From Pristiophorus japonicus (Eukaryota), in the NCBI RefSeq assembly GCF_044704955.1, contig NC_092010.1, positions 6,634,001 through 6,698,000 on the forward strand: a DNA stretch of 64,000 nt, given 5' to 3'. A program made the translations under genes and the position numbers. Below are positions 25,801 through 38,100 of the stretch, one piece after another (within the stretch, counting starts at the first letter, position 1; each line of letters starts with the position of its first letter). Under the pieces are notes generated by a model that saw only the letters and a list, made by a program, of their open reading frames with translations, was not told where the DNA came from and searched no databases.

Positions 25801-28800
25801 GAGGGGCTGGTGGCGGAGCTGGGAGAGGTTCTGCGGGTGGAGCTGGGAGAGGGTCTGCGGGCGGAGCTGAGAGAGGGGCTGGTGGCGGAGCTGGGCGAGG
25901 ATCTGCGCGTGGAGCTGGGAGGATCTGCGGGTGGAACTGGGAGAGGGACTCGTGGCGGAGCTGGCAGAGGGGCTGGTGACGGAGGTGAGAGAGGGGCTGG
26001 TGGCGGAGGTGAGAGAGGTGCTGGTGGCGGAGCTGGGAGAGGGGCTGGTGGCGGAGCTGGGAGAGGGGCTGGTGGCTGAGCTGGGAGAGGATCTGCGGGT
26101 GGAGCTGGGAGAGGGGCTGGTGGCGGAGCTGGGAGAGGGGCTGCTGGCGGAGCTGAGAGAGGGGCTGCTGGCGGAGCTGAGAGAGGGGCTGCTGGAGGAG
26201 CAGGGAGAGGGTCTGCGCGCGGAGCTAAGAGAGGGGCTGCTGGCGGAGCTGAGAGAGGGTCTGCGGGTGGAGCTGGGAGAGGGGCTGGTGGCGGAGCTGA
26301 GAAAGGGGCTGGTGGCGGAGCTGGGAGAGGGTCTCCGGGAGGAGCTGGGAGAGAGTCTGCGGGCGGAGCTGAGAGAGGGTCTGCGGGCGGAGCTGAGAGA
26401 GGGGCTGGTGGCGGAGCTGAGAGAGGGGCTGGTGGCGGAGCTGGCAGAGGGGCTGGTGGCGGACCTGAGAGAGGGGCTGGTGGCGGAGCTGGGAGAGGGT
26501 CTGCGGGTGGAGCTGGGAGAGGGGCTGGTGGCGGAACTGAGAGAGCGGTTGGTGGCGGAGCTGGGAGAGTGTCTGCGGGCGGAGCTGGGAGAGGGTCTGC
26601 GGGCGGAGCTGAGAGAGGGGCTGGTGGCGGAGCTGGGCGAGGATCTGCGCGTGGAGCTGGGAGGATCTGCAGGTGGAACTGGGAGAGGGACTGGTGGCGG
26701 AGCTGGGAGAGGGTCTGCGGGTGGAGCTGGGAGAGGGGCTGGTGGCGGAGCTGGGAGTGGGGCTGGTGGTGGAGCTGGGAGAGGGGCTGGTGGCGCAGCT
26801 GAGAGAGGGGTTGGTGGCGGAGCTGAGAGAGGGGCTGGTGGCGGAGCTGGGAGAGGTTCTGCGGGTCGAGCTGGGAGAGGGTCTGCGAGCGGAGCTGAGA
26901 GATGGGCTGGTGGCGGAGCTGAGAGAGGGGCTGCTGGCGGAGCAGGGAGAGGGTCTGCACGTGGAGCTGGGAGAGGGTCTGCGGGTGGAGCTGGGAGAGG
27001 GACTGGTGGCGGAGCTGATAGAGGGGCTGCTGGCGGAGCTGAGAGAGGGGCTGCTGGCGGCCTGAGAGAGGGGCTGGTGGCGGAGCTGGGAGAGGGGCTG
27101 GTGGCGGAGCTGAGAGAGGGGCTGGCGGCGGAGCTGAGAGAGGGGCTGGTGGCTGAGCTGGGAGAGGATCTGCGGGTGGAGCTGGGAGAGGGGCTGGTGG
27201 CGGAGCTGGGAGAGGGGCTGCTGGCGGAGCTGGGAGAGGTTCTGCGGGTGGAGCTGGGAGAGGGTCTGCGGGTGGAGCTGGGAGAGGTGCTGGTGGCGGA
27301 GCTGAGAGAGGGGCTGGTGGCGGAGCTGGGAGAGGGTCTGCGGGTGGAGCTGGGAGAGGGGTTGGTGGCGGAACTGAGAGAGGGGCTGGTGGCGGAGCTG
27401 GGAGAGGGTCTGCGGGTGGAGCTGGGAGAGGGGCTGGTGGCGGAGCTGAGAGAGGGGCTGGTGGCGGAGCTGGGAGAGGGTCTGCGGGTGGAGCTGGGAG
27501 AGGGGCTGGTGGCGGAGCTGAGAGAGGGGCTGTTGGCGGAGCTGGGAGAGGGTCTGCGGGTCGAGCTGGTAGAGGGTCTGCGGGCGGAGCTGAGAGAGGG
27601 GCTGGTGGCGGAGCTGGGCGAGGATCTGCGCGTGGAGCTGGGAGGATCTGCAGGTGGAACTGGGAGAGGGACTGGTGGCGGAGCTGGCAGAGGGGCTGGT
27701 GACGGAGGTGAGAGAGGGGCTGGTGGCGGAGGTGAGAGAGGGGCTGGTGGCAGAGCTGGGAGAGGGGCTGGTGGCGGAGCTAGGAAAGGGTCTGCGGGTG
27801 GAGCTGGGAGAGGGTCTGCGGGTAAATTTGGGAGGGGGACATGTGGCGGAGCTGGGAGAGGGGCTGGTGGCGGAGCTGGGAGAGGGGCTGGTGGCGGAGC
27901 TAAGAGAGGGGCTGGTGGCGGAGCTGAGAGAGAGGCTGGAGGCGGAGCTGGGAGAGGGTTTGCGCGTGGAGCTGGGAGAGGGTCTGCGGGTGGAGCTGGG
28001 AGAGGGACTGGTGGCGGAGCTGAGAGAGGGGCTGGTGGCGGAGCTGGCAGAGGGGCTTGTGGCGGAGCTGAGAGAGGGGCTGGTGGCGGAGCTGGGAGAG
28101 GGTCTCTGGGTGGAGCTGGGAGAGGGTCTGCGGGCGGAGCTGAGAGAGGGTCTGCGGGCGGAGCTGAGAGAGGGGCTGGTGGCGGAGCTGAGAGAGGGGC
28201 TGGTGGCGGAGCTGGCAGAGGGGCTTGTGGCGGAGCTGAGAGAAGGGCTGGTGGCGGAGCTGGGAGACGGGCTGTGGGTGGAGCTGGGAGAGGGGCTGGT
28301 GGCGGAGCTGAGAGAGGGGCTGGTGGCGGAGCTGGGAGAGGGTCTGCGGGCGGAGCTGGGAGAGGGTCTGTGGGTGGAGCTGGGAGAGGGGCTGGTGGCG
28401 AAGCTGAGAGAGGGGCTGGTGGCGGAGCTGGGAGAGGTTCTGCGGATGGAGCTGGGAGAGGGTCTGCGGGCGGAGCTGAGAGACGGGCTGGTGGCGGAGC
28501 TGGGCGAGGATCTGCGCGTGGAGCTGGGAGGATCTGCGGGTGGAACTGGGAGAGGGACTGGTGGCGGAGCCGGCAGAGGGGCTGGTGACGGAGGTGAGAG
28601 AGGGGCTGGTGGCGGAGGTGAGAGAGGTGCTGGTGGCGGAGGTGAGAGAGGTGCTGGTGGCAGAGCTGGGAAAGGGTCTGCGGGTGGAGCTGGGAGAGGG
28701 TCTGCGGGTAAATTTGGGAGGGGGCCATGTGGCGGAGCTGGGAGAGGTGCTGGTGGCGGTGCTGGGAGAGGGGCTGGTGGCGGAGCTAAGAGAGGGGCTG

Positions 28801-28914
28801 GTGGCGGAGCTGAGAGAGAGGCTGGAGGCGGAGCTGGGAGAGGGTTTGCGCGCGGAGCTGGGAGAGGGTCTGCGGGCGGAGCTGGGAGAGGTGCTGGTGG
28901 CGGAGCTGAGAGAT
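19843..28914. repeat. 4536-bp near-perfect tandem duplication within the satellite (19843-24378 / 24379-28914)
   Basis: ORF pairs are offset by exactly 4536 (20166/24702, 20968/25504, 21395/25931, 23118/27654, 24004/28540). The two 885-aa translations differ at a single visible residue (ELGEGLR vs ELGESLR). Confidence 0.92.
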
Positions 28915-31900
28915 GGGCTGGTGGCGGAGCTGGGAGAGGGTCTGCGGGCGGAGCTGGGAGAGGGGCTGGTGGCGGAGCTGGGAGAGGGTCTCTGGGTGGA
29001 GCTGGGAGAGGGTCTGCGGGCGGAGCTGAGAGAGGGTCTGCGGGCGGAGCTGAGAGAGGGGCTGGTGGCGGAGCTGAGAGAGGGGCTGGTGGCGGAGCTG
29101 AGAGAAGGGCTGGTGGCAGAGCTGGCAGAGGGGCTTGTGGCGGAGCTGAGAGAGGGGCTGGTGGCGGAGCTGGGAGAGGGGCTGTGGGTGGAGCTGGGAG
29201 AGGGGCTGGTGGCGGAGCTGAGAGAGGGGCTGGTGGCGGAGCTGGGAGAGGGTCTGCGGGCGGAGTTGGGAGAGGGTCTGTGGGTGGAGCTGGGAGAGGG
29301 GCTGGTGGCGGAGCTGAGAGAGGGGCTGGTGGCGGAGCTGGGAGAGGTTCTGCGGGTGGAGCTGGGAGAGGGTCTGCGGGCGGAGCTGAGAGAGGGGCTG
29401 GTGGCGGAGCTGGGCGAGGATCTGCGCGTGGAGCTGGGTGGATCTGCGGGTGGAACTGGGAGAGGGACTGGTGGCGGAGCTGGCAGAGGGGCTGGTGACG
29501 GAGGTGAGAGAGGGGCTGGTGGCGGAGGTGAGAGAGGTGCTGGTGGCAGAGCTGGGAGAGGGGCTGGTGGCGGAGCTGGGAAAGGGTCTGCGGGTGGAGC
29601 TGGGAGAGGGTCTGCGGGTAAATTTGGGAGGGGGCCATGTGGCGGAGCTGGGAGAGGGGCTGGTGGCGGAGCTGGGAGAGGGGCTGGTGGCGGAGCTAAA
29701 AGAGGGGCTGGTGGCGGAGCTGAGAGAGAGGCTGGAGGCGGAGCTGGGAGAGGGTTTGCGCGCGGAGCTGGGAGAGGGTCTGCGGGCGGAGCTGAGAGAG
29801 GGGCTGGTGGCAGAGCTGAGAGAGGGGCTGGTGGCGGAGCTGAGAGAAGGGCTGGTGGCAGAGCTGGCAGAGGGGCTGGTGGCGGAGCTGAGAGAGGGGC
29901 TGGTGGCGGAGCTGAGAGAGGGGCTGGTGGCGGAGCTGGGAGAGGGTCTGTGGGTGGAGCTGGGAGAGGGGCTGGTGGCGGAACTGGGAGAGGGGCTGGT
30001 GGCGGAGCTGAGAAAGGGGCTGGTGGCGGAGCTGGGAGAGGGTCTCTGGGTGGAGCTGGGATAGGGTCTGCGGGCGGAGCTGAGAGAGGGTCTGCGGGCG
30101 GAGCTGAGAGAGGGGCTGGTGGCGGAGCTGAGAGAGGGGCTGGTGGCGGAGCTGAGAGAAGGGCTGGTGGCAGAGCTGGCAGAGGGGCTTGTGGCGGAGC
30201 TGAGAGAGGGGCTGGTGGCGGAGCTGGGAGAGGGGCTGTGGGTGGAGCTGGGAGAGGGGCTGGTGGCGGAGCTGAGAGAGGGGCTGGTGGCGGAGCTGGG
30301 AGAGGGTCTGCGGGCGGAGCTGGGAGAGGGTCTGTGGGTGGAGCTGGGAGAGGGGCTGGTGGCGGAGCTGAGAGAGGGGCTGGTGGCGGAGCTGGGAGAG
30401 GTTCTGCGGTGGAGCTGGGAGAGGGTCTGCGGGCGGAGCTGAGAGAGGGGCTGGTGGCGGAGCTGGGCGAGGATTTGCGCGTGGAGCTGGGAGAGGGGCT
30501 GGTGGCGGAGCTGGGAGAGGGTCTGCGGGCGGAGCTGGGAGAGGGTCTGTGGGTGGAGCTGGGAGAGGGGCTGGTGGCGGAGCTGAGAGAGGGGCTGGTG
30601 GCGGAGCTGGGAGAGGTTCTGCGGGTGGAGCTGGGAGAGGGTCTGCAGGAGGAGCTGGGAGAGGGTCTGCGGTCGGAGCTGGGAGAGGGGCTGGTGGCGG
30701 AACTGAGAGAGGGGCTGGTGGCGGAGCTGGGAGAGGGTCTGCGGGTGGAGCTGGGAGAGGGGCTGGTGGCGGAACTGAGAGAGGGGTTGGTGGCGGAGCT
30801 GGGAGAGGATCTGCGGGTGGAGCTGGGAGAGGGGCTGGTGGCGGAGCTGGGAGAGGGGCTGCTGGCGGAGCTGAGAGAGGGGCTGCTGGCGGAGCTGAGA
30901 GAGGGGCTGCTGGAGGAGCAGGGAGAGGGTCTGCGCGCGGAGCTGAGAGAGGGGCTGCTGGCGGAGCTGAGAGAGGGTCTGCGGGTGGAGCTGGGAGAGG
31001 GGCTGGTGGCGGAGCTGAGAAAGGGGCTGGTGGCGGAGCTGGGAGAGGGTCTCCGGGAGGAGCTGGGAGAGGGTCTGCGGGCGGAGCTGAGAGAGGGTCT
31101 GCGGGCGGAGCTGAGAGAGGGGCTGGTGGCGGAGCTGAGAGAGGGGCTGGTGGCGGAGCTGGCAGAGGGGCTGGTGGCGGAGCTGAGAGAGGGGCTGGTG
31201 GCGGAGCTGGGAGAGGATCTGCGGGTGGAGCTGGGAGAGGGGCTGGTGGCGGAACTGAGAGAGCGGTTGGTGGCGGAGCTGGGAGAGGGTCTGCGGGTGG
31301 AGCTGGGAGAGGGGCTGGTGGCTGAGCTGGGAGAGGATCTGCGGGTGGAGCTGGGAGAGGGGCTGGTGGCGGACCTGAGAGAGGGGCTAGTGGCGGAGCT
31401 GGGAGAGTGTCTGCGGGCGGAGCTGGGAGAGGGTCTGCGGGCGGAGCTGGGAGAGGGTCTGCGGGCGGAGCTGAGAGAGGGGCTGGTGGCGGAGCTGGGC
31501 GAGGATCTGCGCGTGGAGCTGGGAGGATCTGCAGGTGGAACTGGGAGAGGGACTGGTGGCGGAGCTGGGAGAGGGTCTGCGGGTGGAGCTGGGAGAGGGG
31601 CTGGTGGCGGAGCTGGGAGTGGGGCTGGTGGTGGAGCTGGGAGAGGGGCTGGTGGCGCAGCTGAGAGAGGGGCTGGTGGCGCAGCTGAGAGAGGGGCTGG
31701 TGGCGGAGCTGGGAGAGGTTCTGCGGGTCGAGCTGGGAGAGGGTCTGCGGGCGGAGCTGATAGAGGGGCTGCTGGCGGAGCTGAGAGAGGGGCTGCTGGC
31801 GGCCTGAGAGAGGGGCTGCTGGCGGAGCTGGGAGAGGGGCTGCTGGCGGAGCTGGGAGAGAGGCTGCTGGCGGAGCTGGGAGAGGTTCTGCGGGTGGAGC

Positions 31901-32529
31901 TGGGAGAGGGTCTGCGGGTGGAGCTGGGAGAGGTGCTGGTGGCGGAGCTGAGAGAGGGGCTGGTGGCGGAGCTGGGAGAGGGTCTGCGGGTGGAGCTGGG
32001 AGAGGGGTTGGTGGCGGAACTGAGAGAGGGGCTGGTGGCGGAGCTGGGAGAGGGTCTGCGGGTGGAGCTGGGAGAGGGGCTGGTGGCGGAGCTGAGAGAG
32101 GGGCTGGTGGCGGAGCTGGGAGAGGGTCTGCGGGTGGAGCTGGGAGAGGGGCTGGTGGCGGAGCTGAGAGAGGGGCTGTTGGCGGAGCTGGGAGAGGGTC
32201 TGCGGGTCGAGCTGGTAGAGGGTCTGCGGGCGGAGCTGAGAGAGGGGCTGGTGGCGGAGCTGGGCGAGGATCTGCGCGTGGAGCTGGGAGGATCTGCAGG
32301 TGGAACTGGGAGAGGGACTGGTGGCGGAGCTGGCAGAGGGGCTGGTGACGGAGGTGAGAGAGGGGCTGGTGGCGGAGGTGAGAGATGTGCTGGTGGCAGA
32401 GCTGGGAGAGGGGCTGGTGGCGGAGCTAGGAAAGGGTCTGCGGGTGGAGCTGGGAGAGGGTCTGCGGGTAAATTTGGGAGGGGGACATGTGGCGGAGCTG
32501 GGAGAGGGGCTGGTGGCGGAGCTGGGAGA

Positions 32530-35130
32530 GGGGCTGGTGGCGGAGCTAAGAGAGGGGCTGGTGGCGGAGCTGAGAGAGAGGCTGGAGGCGGAGCTGGGAG
32601 AGGGTTTGTGCGTGGAGCTGGGAGAGGGTCTGCGGGTGGAGCTGGGAGAAGGACTGGTGGCGGAGCTGATCGAGGGGCTGGTGGCGGAGCTGGGAGAGGT
32701 TCTGCGGGTGGAGCTGGGAGAGGGTCTGTGGGTGGAGCTGGGAGAGGTGCTGGTGGCGGAGCTGAGAGAGGGGCTGGTGGCGGAGCTGGCAGAGGGGCTT
32801 GTGGCGGAGCTGAGAGAGGGGCTGGTGGCGGAGCTGGGAGAGGGTCTCTGGGTGGAGCTGGGAGAGGGTCTGCGGGCGGAGCTGAGAGAGGGTCTGCGGG
32901 CGGAGCTGAGAGAGGGGCTGGTGGCGGAGCTGAGAGAGGGGCTGGTGGCGGAGCTGGCAGAGGGGCTTGTGGCGGAGCTGAGAGAGGGGCTGGTGGCGGA
33001 GCTGGGAGACGGGCTGTGGGTGGAGCTGGGAGAGGGGCTGGTGGCGGAGCTGAGAGAGGGGCTGGTGGCGGAGCTGGGAGAGGTTCTGCGGGTGGAGCTG
33101 GGAGAGGGTCTGCGGGTAAATTTGGGAGGGGGCCATGTGGCGGAGCTGGGAGAGGGGCTGGTGGCGGAGCTGGGAGAGGGGCTGGTGGCGGAGCTAAAAG
33201 AGGGGCTGGTGGCGGAGCTGAGAGAGAGGCTGGAGGCGGAGCTGGGAGAGGGTTTGCGCGCGGAGCTGGGAGAGGGTCTGCGGGCGGAGCTGAGAGAGGG
33301 GCTGGTGGCAGAGCTGAGAGAGGGGCTGGTGGCGGAGCTGAGAGAAGGGCTGGTGGCAGAGCTGGCAGAGGGGCTGGTGGCGGAGCTGAGAGAGGGGCTG
33401 GTGGCGGAGCTAAGAGAGGGGCTGGTGGCGGAGCTGAGAGAGAGGCTGGAGGCGGAGCTGGGAGAGGGTTTGTGCGTGGAGCTGGGAGAGGGTCTGCGGG
33501 TGGAGCTGGGAGAAGGACTGGTGGCGGAGCTGATCGAGGGGCTGGTGGCGGAGCTGGGAGAGGTTCTGCGGGTGGAGCTGGGAGAGGGTCTGTGGGTGGA
33601 GCTGGGAGAGGTGCTGGTGGCGGAGCTGAGAGAGGGGCTGGTGGCGGAGCTGGCAGAGGGGCTTGTGGCGGAGCTGAGAGAGGGGCTGGTGGCGGAGCTG
33701 GGAGAGGGTCTCTGGGTGGAGCTGGGAGAGGGTCTGCGGGCGGAGCTGAGAGAGGGTCTGCGGGCGGAGCTGAGAGAGGGGCTGGTGGCGGAGCTGAGAG
33801 AGGGGCTGGTGGCGGAGCTGGCAGAGGGGCTTGTGGCGGAGCTGAGAGAGGGGCTGGTGGCGGAGCTGGGAGACGGGCTGTGGGTGGAGCTGGGAGAGGG
33901 GCTGGTGGCGGAGCTGAGAGAGGGGCTGGTGGCGGAGCTGGGAGAGGTTCTGCGGGTGGAGCTGGGAGAGGGTCTGCGGGTAAATTTGGGAGGGGGCCAT
34001 GTGGCGGAGCTGGGAGAGGGGCTGGTGGCGGAGCTGGGAGAGGGGCTGGTGGCGGAGCTAAAAGAGGGGCTGGTGGCGGAGCTGAGAGAGAGGCTGGAGG
34101 CGGAGCTGGGAGAGGGTTTGCGCGCGGAGCTGGGAGAGGGTCTGCGGGCGGAGCTGAGAGAGGGGCTGGTGGCAGAGCTGAGAGAGGGGCTGGTGGCGGA
34201 GCTGAGAGAAGGGCTGGTGGCAGAGCTGGCAGAGGGGCTGGTGGCGGAGCTGGGAGAGGGGCTGGTGGCGGAGCTAAGAGAGGGGCTGGTGGCGGAGCTG
34301 AGAGAGAGGCTGGAGGCGGAGCTGGGAGAGGGTTTGTGCGTGGAGCTGGGAGAGGGTCTGCGGGTGGAGCTGGGAGAAGGACTGGTGGCGGAGCTGATCG
34401 AGGGGCTGGTGGCGGAGCTGGGAGAGGTTCTGCGGGTGGAGCTGGGAGAGGGTCTGTGGGTGGAGCTGGGAGAGGTGCTGGTGGCGGAGCTGAGAGAGGG
34501 GCTGGTGGCGGAGCTGGCAGAGGGGCTTGTGGCGGAGCTGAGAGAGGGGCTGGTGGCGGAGCTGGGAGAGGGTCTCTGGGTGGAGCTGGGAGAGGGTCTG
34601 CGGGCGGAGCTGAGAGAGGGTCTGCGGGCGGAGCTGAGAGAGGGGCTGGTGGCGGAGCTGAGAGAGGGGCTGGTGGCGGAGCTGGCAGAGGGGCTTGTGG
34701 CGGAGCTGAGAGAGGGGCTGGTGGCGGAGCTGGGAGACGGGCTGTGGGTGGAGCTGGGAGAGGGGCTGGTGGCGGAGCTGAGAGAGGGGCTGGTGGCGGA
34801 GCTGGGAGAGGTTCTGCGGGTGGAGCTGGGAGAGGGTCTGCGGGTAAATTTGGGAGGGGGCCATGTGGCGGAGCTGGGAGAGGGGCTGGTGGCGGAGCTG
34901 GGAGAGGGGCTGGTGGCGGAGCTAAAAGAGGGGCTGGTGGCGGAGCTGAGAGAGAGGCTGGAGGCGGAGCTGGGAGAGGGTTTGCGCGCGGAGCTGGGAG
35001 AGGGTCTGCGGGCGGAGCTGAGAGAGGGGCTGGTGGCAGAGCTGAGAGAGGGGCTGGTGGCGGAGCTGAGAGAAGGGCTGGTGGCAGAGCTGGCAGAGGG
35101 GCTGGTGGCGGAGCTGAGAGAGGGGCTGGT
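32530..35130. repeat. 864-bp (36 x 24) higher-order repeat, three tandem copies
   Basis: Identical 196-aa minus-strand ORFs at 32546, 33410 and 34274. The landmark variant GTAAATTTGGGAGGGGGCCATG recurs at 864-bp spacing (~33116, ~33980, ~34844). Confidence 0.9.
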
Positions 35131-38100
35131 GGCGGAGCTGAGAGAGGGGCTGGTGGCGAAGCTGGGAGAGGGTCTGTGGGTGGAGCTGGGAGAGGGGCTG
35201 GTGGCGGAACTGGGAGAGGGGCTGGTGGCGGAGCTGAGAAAGGGGCTGGTGGCGGAGCTGGGAGAGGGTCTCTGGGTGGAGCTGGGATAGGGTCTGCGGG
35301 CGGAGCTGAGAGAGGGTCTGTGGGCGGAGCTGAGAGAGGGGCTGGTGGCGGAGCTGAGAGAAGGGCTGGTGGCAGAGCTGGCAGAGGGGCTTGTGGCGGA
35401 GCTGAGAGAGGGGCTGGTGGCGGAGCTGGGAGAGGGGCTGTGGGTGGAGCTGGGAGAGGGGCTGGTGGCGGAGCTGAGAGAGGGGCTGGTGGCGGAGCTG
35501 GGAGAGGGTCTGCGGGCGGAGCTGGGAGAGGGTCTGTGGGTGGAGCTGGGAGTGGGGCTGGTGGCGGAGCTGAGAGAGGGGCTGGTGGCGGAGCTGGGAG
35601 AGGTTCTGCGGTGGAGCTGGGAGAGGGTCTGCGGGCGGAGCTGAGAGAAGGGCTGGTGGCGGAGCTGGGCGAGGATTTGCGCGTGGAGCTGGGAGGATCT
35701 GCGGGTGGAACTGGGAGAGGGACTGGTGGCGGAGCTGGCAGAGGGGCTGGTGACGGAGGTGAGAGAGGGGCTGGTGGCGGAGGTGAGAGAGGTGCTGGTG
35801 GCAGAGCTGGGAGAGGGGCTGGTGGCGGAGCTGGGAAAGGGTCTGCGGGTGGAGCTGGGAGAGGGTCTGCGGGTAAATTTGGGAGGGGGCCATGTGGCGG
35901 AGCTGGGAGAGGGGCTGGTGGCGGAGCTGGGAGAGGGGCTGGTGGCGGAGCTAAGAGAGGGGCTGGTGGCGGAGCTGAGAGAGAGGCTGGAGGCGGAGCT
36001 GGGAGAGGGTTTGCGCGCGGAGCTGGGAGAGGGTCTGCGGGCGGAGCTGAGAGAGGGGCTGGTGGCAGAGCTGAGAGAGGGGCTGGTGGCGGAGCTGAGA
36101 GAAGGGCTGGTGGCAGAGCTGGCAGAGGGGCTGGTGGCGGAGCTGAGAGAGGGGCTGGTGGCGGAGCTGAGAGAGGGGCTGGTGGCGGAGCTGGGAGAGG
36201 GTCTGTGGGTGGAGCTGGGAGAGGGGCTGGTGGCGGAACTGGGAGAGGGGCTGGTGGCGGAGCTGAGAAAGGGGCTGGTGGCGGAGCTGGGAGAGGGTCT
36301 GCGGGCGGAGCTGGGAGAGGGTCTGCGGGCGGAGCTGAGAGAGGGGCTGGTGGAGGATCTGCGCGTGGAGCTGGGAGGATCTGCGGGTGGAACTGGGAGA
36401 GGGACTGGTGGCGGAGCTGGCAGAGGGTCTGCGGGTGGAGCTGGGAGAGGGGCTGGTGGCGGAGCTGGGAGTGGGGCTGGTGGTGGAGCTGGGAGAGGGG
36501 CTGGTGGCGCAGCTGAGAGAGCGGCTGGTGGCGCAGCTGAGAGAGGGGCTGGTGGCGGAGCTGGGAGAGGTTCTGCGGGTCGAGCTGGGAGAGGGTCTGT
36601 GGGCGGAGCTGAGAGAGGGGCTGGTGGCGGAGCTGGGCGAGGATCTGCGCGTGGAGCTGGGAGGATCTGCGGGTGGAACTGGGAGAGGGACTGGTGGCGG
36701 AGCTGGCAGAGGGGCTGGTGACGGAGGTGAGAGAGGGGCTGGTGGCGGAGGTGAGAGAGGTGCTGGTGGCAGAGCTGGGAGAGGGGCTGGTGGCGGAGCT
36801 GGGAAAGGGTCTGCGGGTGGAGCTGGGAGAGGGTCTGCGGGTAAATTTGGGAGGGGGACATGTGGCGGAGCTGGGAGAGGGGCTGGTGGCGGAGCTGGGA
36901 GAGGGGCTGGTGGCGGAGCTGAGAGAGAGGCTGGAGGCGGAGCTGGGAGAGGGTTTGCGGGTGGAGCTGGGAGAGGGTCTGCGGGTGGAGCTGGGAGAGG
37001 GACTGGTGGCGGAGCTGATCGAGGGGCTGGTGGCGGAGCTGGGAGAGGTTCTGCGGGTGGAGCTGGGAGAGGGTCTGCGGGTGGAGCTGGGAGAGGTGCT
37101 GGTGGCGGAGCTGAGAGAGGAGCTGGTGGCGGAGCTGGGAGAGGGTCTGCGGGCGGAGCTGGGAGAGGGGCTGGTGGCGGAGCTGGGAGAGGGTCTCTGG
37201 GTGGAGCTGGGAGAGGGTTTGCGGGCGGAGCTGAGAGAGGGTCTGGTGGCGGAGCTGAGAGAGGGGCTGGTGGCGGAGCTGAGAGAGGGGCTGGTGGCGG
37301 AGCTGAGAGAAGGGCTGGTGGCAGAGCTGGCAAAGGGGCTTGTGGCGGAGCTAAGAGAGGGGCTAGTGGCGGAGCTGGGAGAGGGTCTGTGGGTGGAGCT
37401 GGGAGAGGGGCTGGTGGCGGAGCTGAGGGAGGGGCTGGTGGCGGAGCTGGGAGAGGTTCAGCGGGTCGAGCTGGGAGAGGGTCTGCGGGCGGAGCTGAGA
37501 GAGGGGCTGGTGGCGGAGCTGGGCGAGGATCTGCGGGTGGAGCTGGGAGGATCTGCGGGTGGAACTGGGAGCGGGACTGGTGGCGGAGCTGGCAGAGGGG
37601 CTGGTGACGGAGGTGAGAGAGGGGCTGGTGGCAGAGCTGGGAGAGGGGCTGGTGGCGGAGCTGGGAGAGGGGCTGGTGGCGGAGCTAAGAGAGGGGCTGG
37701 TGGCGGAGCTGAGAGAGAGGCTGGAGGTGGAGCTGCGAGAGGGTCTGCGGGTGCAGCTGGGAGAGGGACTGGTGGCGGAGCTGGGAGAGGTTCTGGTGGC
37801 GGAGCTGGGAGAGGGTCTGTGGGTGGAGCTGGGAGAGGGGCTGGTGGCGGAGCTGAGGGAGGAGCTGGTGGCGGAGCTGGGAGAGGTTCTGCGGGTCGAG
37901 CTGGGAGAGGGTCTGCGGGCGGAGCTGAGAGAGGGGCTGGTGGCGGAGCTGGGCGAGGATCTGCGGGTGGAGCTGGGAGGATCTGCGGGTGGAACTGGGA
38001 GAGGGACTGGTGGCGGAGCTGGCAGAGGGGCTGGTGACGGAGGTGAGAGAGGGGCTGGTGGCGGAGGTGAGAGAGGTGCTGGTGGCAGAGCTGGGAGAGG

